A stretch of 64,000 nucleotides of DNA, taken from assembly GCA_000165425.1 (NCBI GenBank), contig CT868071.1, forward strand, positions 69,089 through 133,088, written 5' to 3'. The notes beneath the pieces were generated by a model that saw only the letters and a program-made list of their open reading frames with translations, was not told the origin of the DNA and did not search any database. Positions 52,601 through 64,000 of this stretch are shown one piece after another. The position numbers and the translations under genes were made by a program. Source of the DNA: Paramecium tetraurelia. Lineage: Eukaryota. Numbering within the stretch: position 1 is the stretch's first letter; every line of letters starts with the position of its first letter.

Positions 52601-53806
52601 TAATTGGATCTTACATTTTTTGAGTAGGCATATCTTTATTATTCTCTAAAAATGCCTCAATTTAATCTTCTATAATTTTAATCAACTTTGAAAACTTTCC
52701 TATGTCATAACACTTTCTAGATTCTCTGTGATATAACATTGGCAATGTAATTTCTTCAGTGTAATTTGGATCAGTTATAAATTAGTGTTTTTACTTATTT
52801 AACTCAATAATCTATTAAATAACAACTTCGAATCTTAGTTCATCAGCCTTGTATTCAAATTCTTCGATGTTATTGGTGATTATTTTATAAACATCAACAA
52901 TACCTGAAGTGATAAGCTATTGACGCATTCTTTTCTTCTCCATATCTTGAGTTGGAGATTCAATTAATGTTATGACAAATGAACATATGGAAGAAATCAT
53001 AAAAACATTTTTGCATTTTTTTAAGGTATTCAAAAAAAAGGTAAGTTCGCTGTCTGGGCACAATTTGTTCAGACTTTTTAGCACCAAATAATATCCTTCA
53101 TCAGTTTGCCTACATAAATTAGATGCAATTTCTAATACTATGGTTGTCAATTCAACATGAATTGGGTGTAGATTTTTCAATATAATATCCATTGAGTCTG
53201 GGATATGCAACAGTTCCTATTAGTATTTTTCTATTTTCAAGAGCATTTCCAGTATGTTTAAGATTTGAATTTAATATAAGTAACAAGGAGGGTTCTTTTT
53301 ATCAATTAATTATTGAGATTGTTTGTAAAATCTGAATAATTTTTCTAAGAGTAAATTTATACCATCATTAAATTGTTCTAATTAATCCTATTAATCATAA
53401 ATCTATAGATTTTTGAGATGCCTTCTCAACTATTCCAAATCTTAGAGAGTTGGGTTAGCCAATTTAGATTTAAAATAGTTTACATAATCTTTTGGTAAAT
53501 TTTATAACAAATTCTTTCCTGTAATGCTTTTATACTCATTCAAAATTAAACATTTGAAATCTAACTATTTTATTTCATATTACTTTAAGGAGTGCTTTAG
53601 AATTACTAAAGAAGCTTCGGCTCTACTTTCAATTCTTTTATTAAGTCAGATATCTAATGTTCAAGATCAATTGGTATTGCATTTTTCTAAATTGCCATCA
53701 ATTTTTTTGGATCCAAAATAAATCGTATTGTTAATTATGACTCCTTTATCTATGTATCAATGGATATTGGGGATATTAATTTCCCATTTTATATAGCATT
53801 CCCCAT
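49663..53806 (-). CDS. Formin (GBD/FH3-like helical region, coiled coil, FH1, FH2)
   Basis: Poly-proline FH1 at ~51180-51370. FH2 motifs KQVPWTIIKPEQIRNTIWESIDD and LAAGNYMNGQSARGGAYGFKFDMMEKLTDVKTTDNK. Starts MGNAIQ. Confidence 0.93.
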
Positions 53807-53996
53807 TAAATTTTAAATTTAATTAATAATACCAAATGTTTGTTGTATAATATTAACATACTAAACTGAAAAATGATTCAAATTTGAATCTATTGATCAT
53901 CAACGTGTCTTCATAATAGTTCTAGAATTGGAAGCTATTAGATGATATGATGTTAAATAATAAAAATTAGTTTATATTATTAAGAATAATTATAAA

Positions 53997-55426
53997 ATGG
54001 GAATTTCCTTGAACAAAAAATTCAAAGATGATTACGAAAAATTATTCTCAGACCATCCTGAATCAAATAAAGCAATTCAATTGTATCCAGCGTTTTCGCA
54101 TGTTAAAATGTATGTAAAATGAAGTAACAGAGTTCACAATGATTGGTATCGGTTAGCCAAAGCAGAGTTCAATGGTCTACCTCATGAAACAGAAGCCTTT
54201 CTGCAGAAATGGAGATCGAGAGAACAACATCCTCATCTATTCTTGATCCATAAAATATTCACAAATGAGAGTAGTCGGGCAGTCATTTATTTGGATTTCC
54301 CAGAATCCGTAGTAACAGAACTTGATGAAGAAACCTTTCTACCACTTTTAGATGCAGTATTACAGATAATGTCAAAATGGTAGAAATAGAGTAAGACATA
54401 TTCTTACTTTGGATGCGATTCTGTTTATAAAGTAAATCCAAATATGCCAATAAATAGGTGAGATCCTTTGATGGATAAACCTACTATAAAATATTGGATC
54501 CAATGCTACATCCATATCTTATTAAGTTCTATAGAAAGTGTTGGTTATAAAAAAACACTAAACAATTAGAGCAATTATTAGCCAAGTTTTATTTGTCTCC
54601 CATCTAATTGGAAGCCTTGAGTAAGAAGGTAGAATACCCTATTCATAATTTCTATAAGTCAGATGTGTTTTGTTTGGGTTTATATATTTATAAATGCCTA
54701 ACGTAAGACGATGATTTATATGACCTAATTAATTATAAGGTTAAATTGGATAAAATTAGAAGCAATATCTAGGGTATGACATTCCAAAACTATGCAAAAA
54801 TGATTTTATTGAATATGCTCGAAGAAAACGAGGAAGATAGACCAGATTTCATTTAGCTTGAACTTAAGTTTACACATTTTGCACCTGAAATCAAATATAA
54901 AAGAATATTTCACAATATTAATTAAATGATTTTTGAAGAATCCTTATTACAAATAACTTAATTGGTAACGGAATAAAATAATGAATAAATTGTTCCTGAA
55001 GAAATATAGGGATTTAATTTTGATGATAGACTTGATTTTGAAAATCTACACTTTTCAATTTCATCTGAAACTAATCCGACAGCTGAAATTCATAAAATGG
55101 TTGGAAAAGGGTTTCACTCATAGATGATATTGAATAACAATAGATAACAAAACTTTTAATTAGATGAAGGAGTTATGAGAAAAACAAGAATAGATTTACC
55201 TTGCTTAGGATATGCTGATTTAAGTAACTGGAAAACTGCTGAAGGAATGTTTACAAAGGGAATGCTATAAGGATATGGTCGATTGACCTTTGTGAATGGA
55301 GATAAATTTGAAGGCTTCTTTATTAATAACAGAGCCAATGGAAAAGGTACATATTCTTTTCATGACAATCAATACTATAAAAAAGAAGGGACCTGGAAGG
55401 ATAACAAATTTATTATCACAATTTGA
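53997..55426 (+). CDS. Protein-kinase-like (pseudokinase) domain plus C-terminal MORN repeats
   Basis: C-lobe motifs FYLSPSQL, YKSDVFCLGL and MLEENEEDRPDF, but no HRD/DFG. MORN GYGRLTFVNGDKFEGFFINNRANGKGTY. Confidence 0.78.
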
Positions 55427-55454
55427 TAATTCTTTGAAAATAAATAGTATTATA

Positions 55455-56345
55455 ATGTTTATTATATATTTATTCTCAGTGGCACATGCTTACTTCTCCA
55501 AAAAACTTGCACATGATTTATATTTGTACACCAAAATAGCAGTTTGTGATACTCAATAAATAAAAGAATGGAATTGTGGATATTTTTGTGATCAGCATCC
55601 TGATATGGATTCAATTAAAGTCATTGAAAGTAATAGAAATGGTGTTCTATCTTATGTTGGAATCAACCAAGCTGAAAATAGAATTATAGTCACATTTCGA
55701 AGTACGATTGTTAAAAACCTTAGGTACTTAAAATTTGCTTAATTTCATCAATGATTTGAAATTTATGAAATAAGATTACCCTTGCTATGATTGTAAAGTG
55801 CATTCAGGGTTTATGGAGAGTTATCTAGATATCAAAGAGGATTTATTAAAATAAGTGAATGAATTGTCAGTACTCAATCCGAAGGCATAATTAACAATAA
55901 CGGGTCATTCTTTGGGAGCGGCCTTGGCAACTTTGGCCGCTATTGATCTTACAAATATTGGACTATATATTCATACATTTTATATATTTGGGTATAGATT
56001 TAAATCCCATTTTGTAGATCACCTAGAGTTGGAAACAAAGCTTTTGCAGAATATTTTAGTAAAAAAATAACTACCTAAGACAAAGCAAGAGTAACTCACT
56101 TTTCGGATTTGGTTCCTCATTTACCCCCACAATCATTAGATTATATACATGCTGTTCCAGAGTTTTGGTTTAATCAAGATTTTAAGGAATATTAATAGTG
56201 TGAATATTCCTAGTTTGAAGATGATAAGTGCTCAAATTCTATGTGGAGTCATTCTATTAGAGATCATCGAGATTATTTTAATATTAAATATCGATGCAAT
56301 GACAGTTTTTATCAAAAGAAAACAAAAGAATAAATTATACTCTGA
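55455..56345 (+). CDS. Secreted class-3 lipase (second paralog)
   Basis: IVTFRST, KVHSGF, ITGHSLGAALATLAA, FGSPRVGN, RVTHFSDLVPHLPP, DHRDYF. Introns at 55702-55723 and ~55992-56017. Confidence 0.93.
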
Positions 56346-56497
56346 AATATTAAAATTTGTATTATATTAAATTAGCAATTTAAACAATAAATATGTTAGT
56401 TATTTGTTCTATTTTCCATATAATATTGTAAATTCACAGAAACATTAAAAGTTAAGATAAATTTAAATATTAGACTGCAAAAATTCTATAATCAATT

Positions 56498-57127
56498 TCA
56501 TTAGTCAACCTCATTTAACACAAAATCAATTTAATCAATTCTTTAGGCACTTTCATTTTGCATTTTTAAGATAAGTGAATCATCATTATCTTCATCTTAT
56601 TGCTTTTACTAAGCAATATTTCCTGAAGAAATTGATTTAATCATAACTTAAGTTTTCATCCTTCTAGTCATTTTTCTTTTCTCAAGGAGTTCGTCTTAAA
56701 AATTGAGAGATTCTGTAATTTATTTTTCAATATTTTATTACACTTTATCGTATTCTTGGAGCAGTTGATTCATATTGTGAGTTTGATTTACCTCATTGTT
56801 TTATAATTCTTATTAAATCTTCAATTCATTTGCCTGAGTTTTTTTATAAACACTAAATCTCATCTTTTCTTAAATTTTGGAACCTTATTCAGGTAAGGCA
56901 AGTACCTTTTATTTCTTTAACAACTATATAGTCTCAGGTCTGCTAATTAAAAATTAGATTTTCTCAAGAAAATACTCTCTCATAGCGCACTTCTAATTAT
57001 CAAATATTTAAACAAAATCTTAGTAAATTTCTAACATTTTATTTACATGCTCTAAATTATAAAGTTTTTCATGAAATCTGGCTTCTAGTTATAATAAAAT
57101 TTTTAATGTATTATTATCTATTACCAT
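56498..57127 (-). CDS. Hypothetical protein
   Basis: 209-aa intronless ORF MVIDNTLKILLQLEARFHEKLYNLEHVNKMLEIYQDFVQIFD...YFLEKIQFLISRPE. Confidence 0.7.
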
Positions 57128-57508
57128 TTTAATTGTAAAATAATATTTTTATTATTTCTAATATTCAACATACTTAAATCAAATATAGATTAGATATTCA
57201 AACTATAATTCTTTTTATATAAATAGCCAATAACAGCATAACAAAATCTACAGAATAGTGAATCTACATACTTATTAGATATAGAATACTTGAAATTCTA
57301 ATAGTTCTCTGACTTTAATTTGTAATTTAAATTTATTCCAAACCCTTATGATTGTTCTTTTGTCTCATTTACAAAAAACTAAAGTCTTATGTTATTTCGA
57401 TGTGAATCCATGAGGAGGCACAATTCAAACTTCCGCTGTTTTAATCAAATTGATGAATTAAATTGGTAGATGTAAATGAAGGATTTATATATTAAATACA
57501 TAAAAATA

Positions 57509-57930
57509 TCAACCAAAAACTTCTAAGTCAGAATAAGTGATGTATAAAAACCCATCCTCGGGATCTTTTTTCTTCTCATATATATCTATTAATTTGACAT
57601 CTATTTAAGCATTAAATTAATTATACCCTCAGGGAGAAGTTGATTACCAATATGAAAATATAAGGATTGCTTAGGAGATATTTACAAAGTGTTTTTTAAG
57701 GTATCTCTAAACTAAAGTATGCGAAAACCTTTTGTGACTAAATATCAATATGATTAAGATCTCACTTACAATGATTTATTTAATTATGGCATTTTAGATT
57801 TAGGATGTTTCTCTAAAATGACAGGAATCATTTCAGGATGTTGACTTAATTTTTATTTACATCTCATTTGTCTCTCTTCCAGACTATTCAATTCCTTGTA
57901 CGATTTAAAATTGACCGATGCTTAAAACAT
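57509..57930 (-). CDS. ATG8: ATG8/GABARAP-family ubiquitin-like protein (first intron has a non-canonical acceptor)
   Basis: FKSYKELNSLEERQMRCKQKLSQHPEMIPVILEKHPKSKMPQLNKSL-YLVTKGF...QF...SLYFHIGN...IYEKKKDPEDGFLYITYSDLEVFG-TGA. Confidence 0.88.
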
Positions 57931-58009
57931 AATTGTTCTTTTTAATAAATTAATTAATTTTCCAATAATCAAAAGAAATTTTATAAAATATACAATAATG
58001 GAATAAATG

Positions 58010-59057
58010 TCATGAGTTTATTTCTTCAATTACATTAATTGACTTCAAATAATTAATTTGCTCCTAACTCAATTGGTATCTCTAACCGTTTTAATCCAAG
58101 ACATAAGAACCATTTGAAATCAGATAGCCATTGCTATCCAATTCATATTGTTGAATCTATTAATAATCACTCCTTGAATCATCAAGGGTCTTTTCTGATA
58201 TGGCAGACATCTGGCATTTATCTAGGAAATAGTTTAATTAACTTACATTTATTATTAATTTGTTGTTTAATCGGACTAGCTGTGTTTATGGGAGCAAGTT
58301 CTGGTTTGATTTCTGCAACCATTTGCTCAACTATATTTATGTTATTAGGTGATATTGTTTAGCTGAGATAAGAGGAAACTTCCTCATTAAACTATTAAAA
58401 CCTCTTTAGATCTTAGCTGATAAAATTTGATTATGGTGTAGATATTTGAGATTTTTTTATGCCTTAAACCATTTCTGTAATTGCATCTAATTAAGTCTAT
58501 ATTTTAATTTCTGTCTTATTTGTACTTTCAAGTATACTCTTTTTTAATTTCTCCATCATCGATTGGGTGTAAACTTGTGTCTTCTATTCTTAATTGATTA
58601 TTAATAACTATAATTCTCCCATCTTCAATTCTAATTGCTTAATTTTATCCTTAATTTGAACATCGTTGTTTAGTTATCCAATCCCAGAATCATACAATTA
58701 TTTTACGCTTTATTCATTACTACTCATTCTATCATTTAAGGATTTTATTTAAATTTGAAATTGTTCGTTTAAAGTGTTTTACTCATATTGCAATTAGATT
58801 ACTTATAATTTTAGTTTATCGAAGAGCTATTCTTAAGGTTTCTAGGATTCAAAACTATCCTGTGTTTTACCTGAGGGTAGGTTCTGATATAATTTATTTC
58901 TTATATATACATTTACGAATCGAATCTAACTACATGAATTGTGTTTCACTGGTCCTCGATTTTCCTTACCGACTGATTGCTAACGGATTTCGGATGGGTA
59001 ATAAGTTGGAACAACTGGTTTCATGGTTCTTGCATAATTAATTGGGCCAGAATTCAT
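58010..59057 (-). CDS. Hypothetical coiled-coil protein with conserved-looking C-terminal module
   Basis: MNSGPINYARTMKPVVPTYYPSEIRQ...; ends YELDSNGYLISNGSYVLDQNGQRYQLSQEQINYLKSINVIEEINS-TGA; one intron. Confidence 0.72.
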
Positions 59058-59153
59058 TTTATATTATAATTAACGAATAGATGATATATGATTAAATATA
59101 TTCAAAATCAACGTATTTCCATTATCACCTATTATTAGTAAATAAGAATAATC

Positions 59154-59590
59154 TCATTAATTAAGCAAATTTATTAAATCATTTGATATGAACTATTGAA
59201 ACGAATACTTCCTCTTATTTTCAATTTATAAAGCTTCTACTAAGGCATTTAACGTAAATTTCAAAGATTGAAATATTATTTCATCATCAGATTAATTATC
59301 ATCATCCTGATTCTAAAATTATTTTGATGATATTTTACTCTTGGTCGAAGTAGTTGATCCTCTCCCTTTTGATGCATTATGATGTTGTCATTGTAACATG
59401 GAAATGCACAAACTCTGTTTTGTTGCTTTAACTTTATGTAGGATTTTTGTTTAATTTTAATTGCTTTAAATTATTCTTTGCTTGCTTTGATTTCAGCATA
59501 GTTAGAAATTTCTTTCACGTTTCTTTTTATTCCTTGCTTAATTTCTACTGTCGAGTAATTTGAGTCCTAATTATAAGGATTGCTTAACAT
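59154..59590 (-). CDS. Small hypothetical protein
   Basis: MLSNPYNQDSNYSTVEIK...FPCYNDNII...; a 26-nt GT-AG intron joins to NQDDDNQSDDEIIFQSLKFTLNALVEAL. Confidence 0.6.
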
Positions 59591-59685
59591 TATTAACTTT
59601 AAATTTGAATAAAATTTTTCCCACAATTTTGCTTTTATTTCAAATATTATATAATTATTAAATTAAATCTTTTATTTAATAATAA

Positions 59686-60001
59686 ATGGCAAGAGGTACA
59701 CCAGCAATCGGTAAAAGACATTAAAAGACTCATACATTTTGTAAAAGATGTGGTCGATAAACATTCCACATTTAAAAAAATAGATGTGCTTCCTGCGGAT
59801 ATCCAGCGGCAAGATTGAGACTTTGTATACCCATCATTCTATACAATTATAGATAGTGGATGGGGAGAAAAAGTGGCTAGACGCAGATCAACAGGAACAG
59901 GAAGAATGAGATACTTAAAATCTATTGCAAGAAGAGCAAAGAATGGGTTTAGAGCAGGAACTTAGGCATAACCAAAAGTTAATAAAACTTAAAAAAAGTG
60001 A
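59686..60001 (+). CDS. RPL37: 60S ribosomal protein L37 (eL37)
   Basis: [45 protein letters not shown]...RRSTGTGRMRYLK; one intron. Confidence 0.97.
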
Positions 60002-60174
60002 ATAATCATGCTTTTAAAAATAATGCATTAATTCTACATCATTTCTTTCCAAATATTCTTTTGAAATCCTGCTAGATTTCTATTTTGTAAAGTATACGTA
60101 ATTGAATTGTCTATGTCTAATGTCATTAAAAAATTAAATCTTTAAAATTTAAATATTAATAAATAAATAAGATT

Positions 60175-60729
60175 ATGTCCACAAACAAAGAATAAATTAA
60201 GGCTGAACTTGACGAGAATAGAAAGAAATTAGCAGAAAAGTTTGGGTAAACCAAAATGGGCAGCACTTTGGCAAGAAGAAAGCATAAAAATGTTCATCAA
60301 ACTCAAGTATAGAAAGGAATTAATCATATTAGATTAATGATGACAAGAAATTGAAATAAGTCATTAAGAAGTTTGGTGTCTAGCAATTAGGAAATATTGA
60401 TGAAGTCAATTTTTTCAAGGATGATAACACTATAATCCATTTCTCAAAACCAGAAGTCCAAGCAGCTATTGGAAGCAATACATTTGCAATATTTGGAAAT
60501 CCAGAAACTAAAAAGTTTTAAGAATTGATGCCAGAGATTTTAAATCACATTGGACCAAACCAAATGTCTCTTCTTTAAGAATTAATGAAAGAAACTTAAA
60601 AGGTATGATATTTTAAATAAAAATTAGGAAAAAGTTGAAAAAATAGCCGAAGCTGATTAAAAAGACGAAGATGATATTCCTGTATTAGTATAGGGTTAAA
60701 ACTTTGAAGAAGCAAGCAAGAAAGAATGA
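60175..60729 (+). CDS. BTF3: Nascent polypeptide-associated complex beta subunit (BTF3/EGD1)
   Basis: ARRKHKNVH, DDKKLKQVIKKFGVQQLGNIDEVNFFKDDNTIIHFSKPEVQAAIGSNTFAIFG, DDIPVLVQGQNFEEASK. Confidence 0.95.
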
Positions 60730-60817
60730 GTTAAATTATCATATATTATGTATATCGGCCATTAAACATAAGACTTATGAAATAAAACAAATTATATATT
60801 TTTAATTTAATTAACAG

Positions 60818-61842
60818 ATGATTAATTTACCTGTTGATGTCGATGTCTAGATGATCCAAAAAAATAAGCTTTTCTAAAAATTTATGCAATAATAATAGCA
60901 GGAAACATAAGCATAAAACCCTCAAATTTAATAGAAAATACACAATAAATCCAATCATGATTCAATAGAGGATTAAAAATATTCTCACGAGAAAATGGAA
61001 GAAAGTTCTATCTATTAGGATTTTGCTAACTTTGCTAAAGCTACTAATTACAAGCAATCGTCACCTTATAATTATCATAAGTAGCAATTTCAATAAATTC
61101 CATAATTGAATTAAAATTCTGGAAGCAATAATACTTAAGAAATAAAGGATTTATAATTGAAAAACAAATCGCTTCTTTAGTAGAATTCTATTTTATAGTA
61201 ATCCTTGTTAGATCTTTAGCAAGCTATACATAGACAAACAATTGATTTAGATTTACAGAAAAATGAAATATTAAATTAAAAGAGAGTAGTTTAAGAATAA
61301 CAGATAGAGATAGAGTAATTGAAAAGGTAACTTTCAGAGAAAAGAAACAGTAGTTTAGAGAAAACCAGATAATTTGCAATTATTCAAACTCAATTAATAT
61401 AATCAAACCAAATGGTAGAAAAACTTATTTCTTAATTGATGAATTAAGAATCACAATTAAGTGTAAATTTTTATGTTATCCATAGTTGTATCGACAAACT
61501 TAGATTAATTTCCCAAAAATAGATAATTTATAATTGAATGTAGACTAAAATAAATCAAATTTGATAAATGCATAAAATCTTCTTAGCAATCCATCATCGG
61601 TAGCATAACCTTATTCAGCTCAATATCAATAACAATCATAATCATAAATGCCTCACAATACAACATAATAATAATAATAATAATAATCATAACAATCATA
61701 CCAAATACAATAATAATAGATTTAAATTTCATAGTAGTAATAAAATCCAAATCCTGTGAGTATGCCAACAAAATAATAGTTATAGTAGGATGCTGATACA
61801 TCGTATGAAAGATATTTAATGCATAAAAGAGGAAGACATTGA
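60818..61842 (+). CDS. Hypothetical Q-rich coiled-coil protein
   Basis: MINLPVDVDVQMIQKNKLFQKF...; one intron; poly-TAA tract at ~61665-61685 reads as poly-Gln; ends YERYLMHKRGRH-TGA. Confidence 0.7.
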
Positions 61843-61910
61843 TTCTATTTGAATGATTTAGTTTATATTTCATTTATGAATTCAAATTATTTTTCATTAC
61901 TTTTATAAAA

Positions 61911-64000
61911 ATGAGTTTATAAACGAGATCAATGGAAAGAACATCAGCCGGCGAAAAATAACAAACTTGGCAATAATATAGAATTTTTATAGAGGAAATG
62001 AATACATTAATTGGATCAGCTTTAGTGGAGGAATTTAGAAATGATAATGAAAACGATATTAATCCAAATATCATTGTTGGGAATGGAGAAAGTTTACCCA
62101 GAGGAGCTACTAAATTAATTAATGCTGCAGATCCAAAAGAATTAGGCCAAATAGTATTAGATAGTGATATTGTAATATTTCATCAGAATTATTGCAGAGC
62201 AGAATATGCTTATAAATTATTAAAGCATGGGTAATTCTAGTAGTCGAAAATCTTTATATTAATAAGTAATCCTCTGACATGGTCTACAACACCATTAAAA
62301 GATAGAAAAAATGATGAAACTGCTATGAGATAGTCTATGGGAGGGGATGCAGATGATCAACCATTTTTGAAAAAGTATGATAAATTTACAGAAAATGATC
62401 TCCCTACAAGAAAAATACATTTCTTAGAAAGATTAAAGAATTTAGAGCAATAAATAATAGTTTGCGATAAACCTTAATTGCATGCATACGTAATAACTCC
62501 AGGGTTAGTATATGGAAATGGAGAGGATATTTTATATGACTTATTTAAAACTGCATGGATGACACCAGATGCAGAATTGCCAATTTATGGAGATGGAAAC
62601 AATATTATCCCTATGATTCATGTTAATGATTTAGCCAATATAGTAAATAAAACAGTTACATTAACCCCAAATGAAAAGTATATTTTTGCAGTTGATTATG
62701 AAAATATGACTTAGAAGAAACTAGTAACTACTATTGCTAAATCTGTCGGAAATGGTCTTACAAAGAATGTCACAACTCCTACTGAAAAGATGTTAACCAT
62801 AAATATTTGGCTTAGACCAACCTAAGTATTTGAGTCAGAGGATCAATATATTGATGCTAAGAAAAACCCTATAATAATATGGCAATGCAAAGAAGGATTT
62901 GCAAAAAATATTTTAAAAATTAGGGAACAGTTTAAACTCTATAGAGGTTTAGATACTGTTAAATTAATCGTGCATGGAGGAACAGCTTCAGGAAAATCAA
63001 CCCTTTGCAAATAATTAGCCAACTTTTATAGAATTCCTCACATATAGATTAAACCCTTAATTTAAGAATTAATTGAACAATAATCTGAATTAGGAGAATT
63101 AGTAAGGACTACTTTATAATAAGTAAAAGATCAAATGGTTGCAGAAGCATTAGCCATTTTTGAAGCTGAGAAGAAAAAGAAAAAGGTTCCTAAAGGTTAA
63201 CCAGAACCTGTTTTTGATCCCTCGGGCATTTAACCAAGACTTCCTGACTCAGTCTTAATATAAATTTATAAATGGAGATTGGACTAAAATGATGCTTAAA
63301 ATTTAGGCTATGTGTTAGATGGTTTTCCTAAAACATTAGAATAATATGAAAAATTATTCGTCAAAGAGGAAGGCTAACTCATTGAATCTATAAAACCAAA
63401 AGGTGTGATTTATTTAGAATACCCAGATGACTAATTAAAAGAAAGATCAAAATTAATTATTGATAATCCTAGATATACAGAGGAGTAAGTAGTCAAAAGA
63501 CTGGCTAATTTTAGAAAGAACAATGAATAATTATTATAGTAATATGAGTAATTTGACATAAAACGAATCTCGGATCAAGAAAGTGCTTTTGAATAATCAA
63601 AGGATTTTATTACTAGAAATGGACCTATTTTAGTGTTGCAAGACGTTAAAGAGGAAGAGGTAGTTTAGATTGAAGAATAATAAGATGATTGCACACCTTC
63701 CCATTAGGTTTCTTCTCTTCAACAAGAAAAGGTTGCTGCTGTTTAATAATCATAAGTTCAATAATCCTAAGTAGGACCAAAAAAAAAAGGAGATTAACTA
63801 AATGTAACTAATTAAATGTATTTTATTTTTAGAAGTCAATCAATGAAAGTAGATTATCAAAGGATAATAAAAAGTTAACAGATGAGCAAAAGCAAGATCT
63901 TATTAGACAATAGGAAAGGGAACTTTTAGATTAACGAAGTCAACCTTTAAGACAATATTTGGCTGATAACGTTGTTCCATTTTTAACAGAAGGATTAATA
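61911..64000 (+). CDS. AK7: Adenylate kinase 7-like ciliary protein, 3' truncated by window
   Basis: Epimerase-like N-terminus (YVITPGLVYGNGE, LPIYGDGNNIIPMIHVNDLA), P-loop GGTASGKSTLC, GYVLDGFPKT, and start of the Dpy-30 motif SQPLRQYLADNVVPFLTEGL. Confidence 0.9.

Noticed and set aside
57745..57747. In-frame TGA in ATG8 as selenocysteine
   Set aside because: It sits inside an intron-like 24-nt insert at a non-Cys position, and I saw no convincing SECIS downstream.
1..64000. Transposons or retained IESs
   Set aside because: No transposase or reverse-transcriptase motifs or terminal inverted repeats seen. The gene interruptions I checked are GT-type micro-introns, consistent with macronuclear DNA. 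Short IESs in intergenic DNA cannot be excluded by eye.

Overview
AT-rich, gene-dense eukaryotic DNA from a ciliate, most likely macronuclear Paramecium (aurelia-type). Conserved genes only translate with TAA/TAG = Gln and TGA as the sole stop (genetic code 6), and they carry tiny 20-35 nt GT-AG introns, so the supplied standard-code ORF track is mostly fragments or artefacts. I re-translated by hand and find about 35 protein genes. These include a USP deubiquitinase, EpsinR-like ENTH protein, two trichocyst matrix proteins, a MUL1-like RING ligase, RPL35A, a CTD phosphatase, SF-assemblin, an alpha-kinase-like protein, AspRS, SNW1, mito-L27, a TmcB/C-like PAS protein, SBDS, two class-3 lipases, LITAF, a Cache protein, formin, a pseudokinase-MORN protein, ATG8, RPL37, NAC-beta and AK7. 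There are also several decayed pseudogene-like tracts. Most notable: (1) a selenocysteine tRNA (UCA, 9/4 fold) with an snRNA-type upstream promoter at 11188-11275; (2) a 195-aa, 54-Cys metallothionein built from six 87-bp repeats, hidden under two spurious ORFs; (3) an ATG8 gene whose first intron ends in TG rather than AG; (4) an alpha-kinase with an insertion and the catalytic Asp replaced. Coordinates come from manual reading and may be off by a few bases for hypothetical genes.
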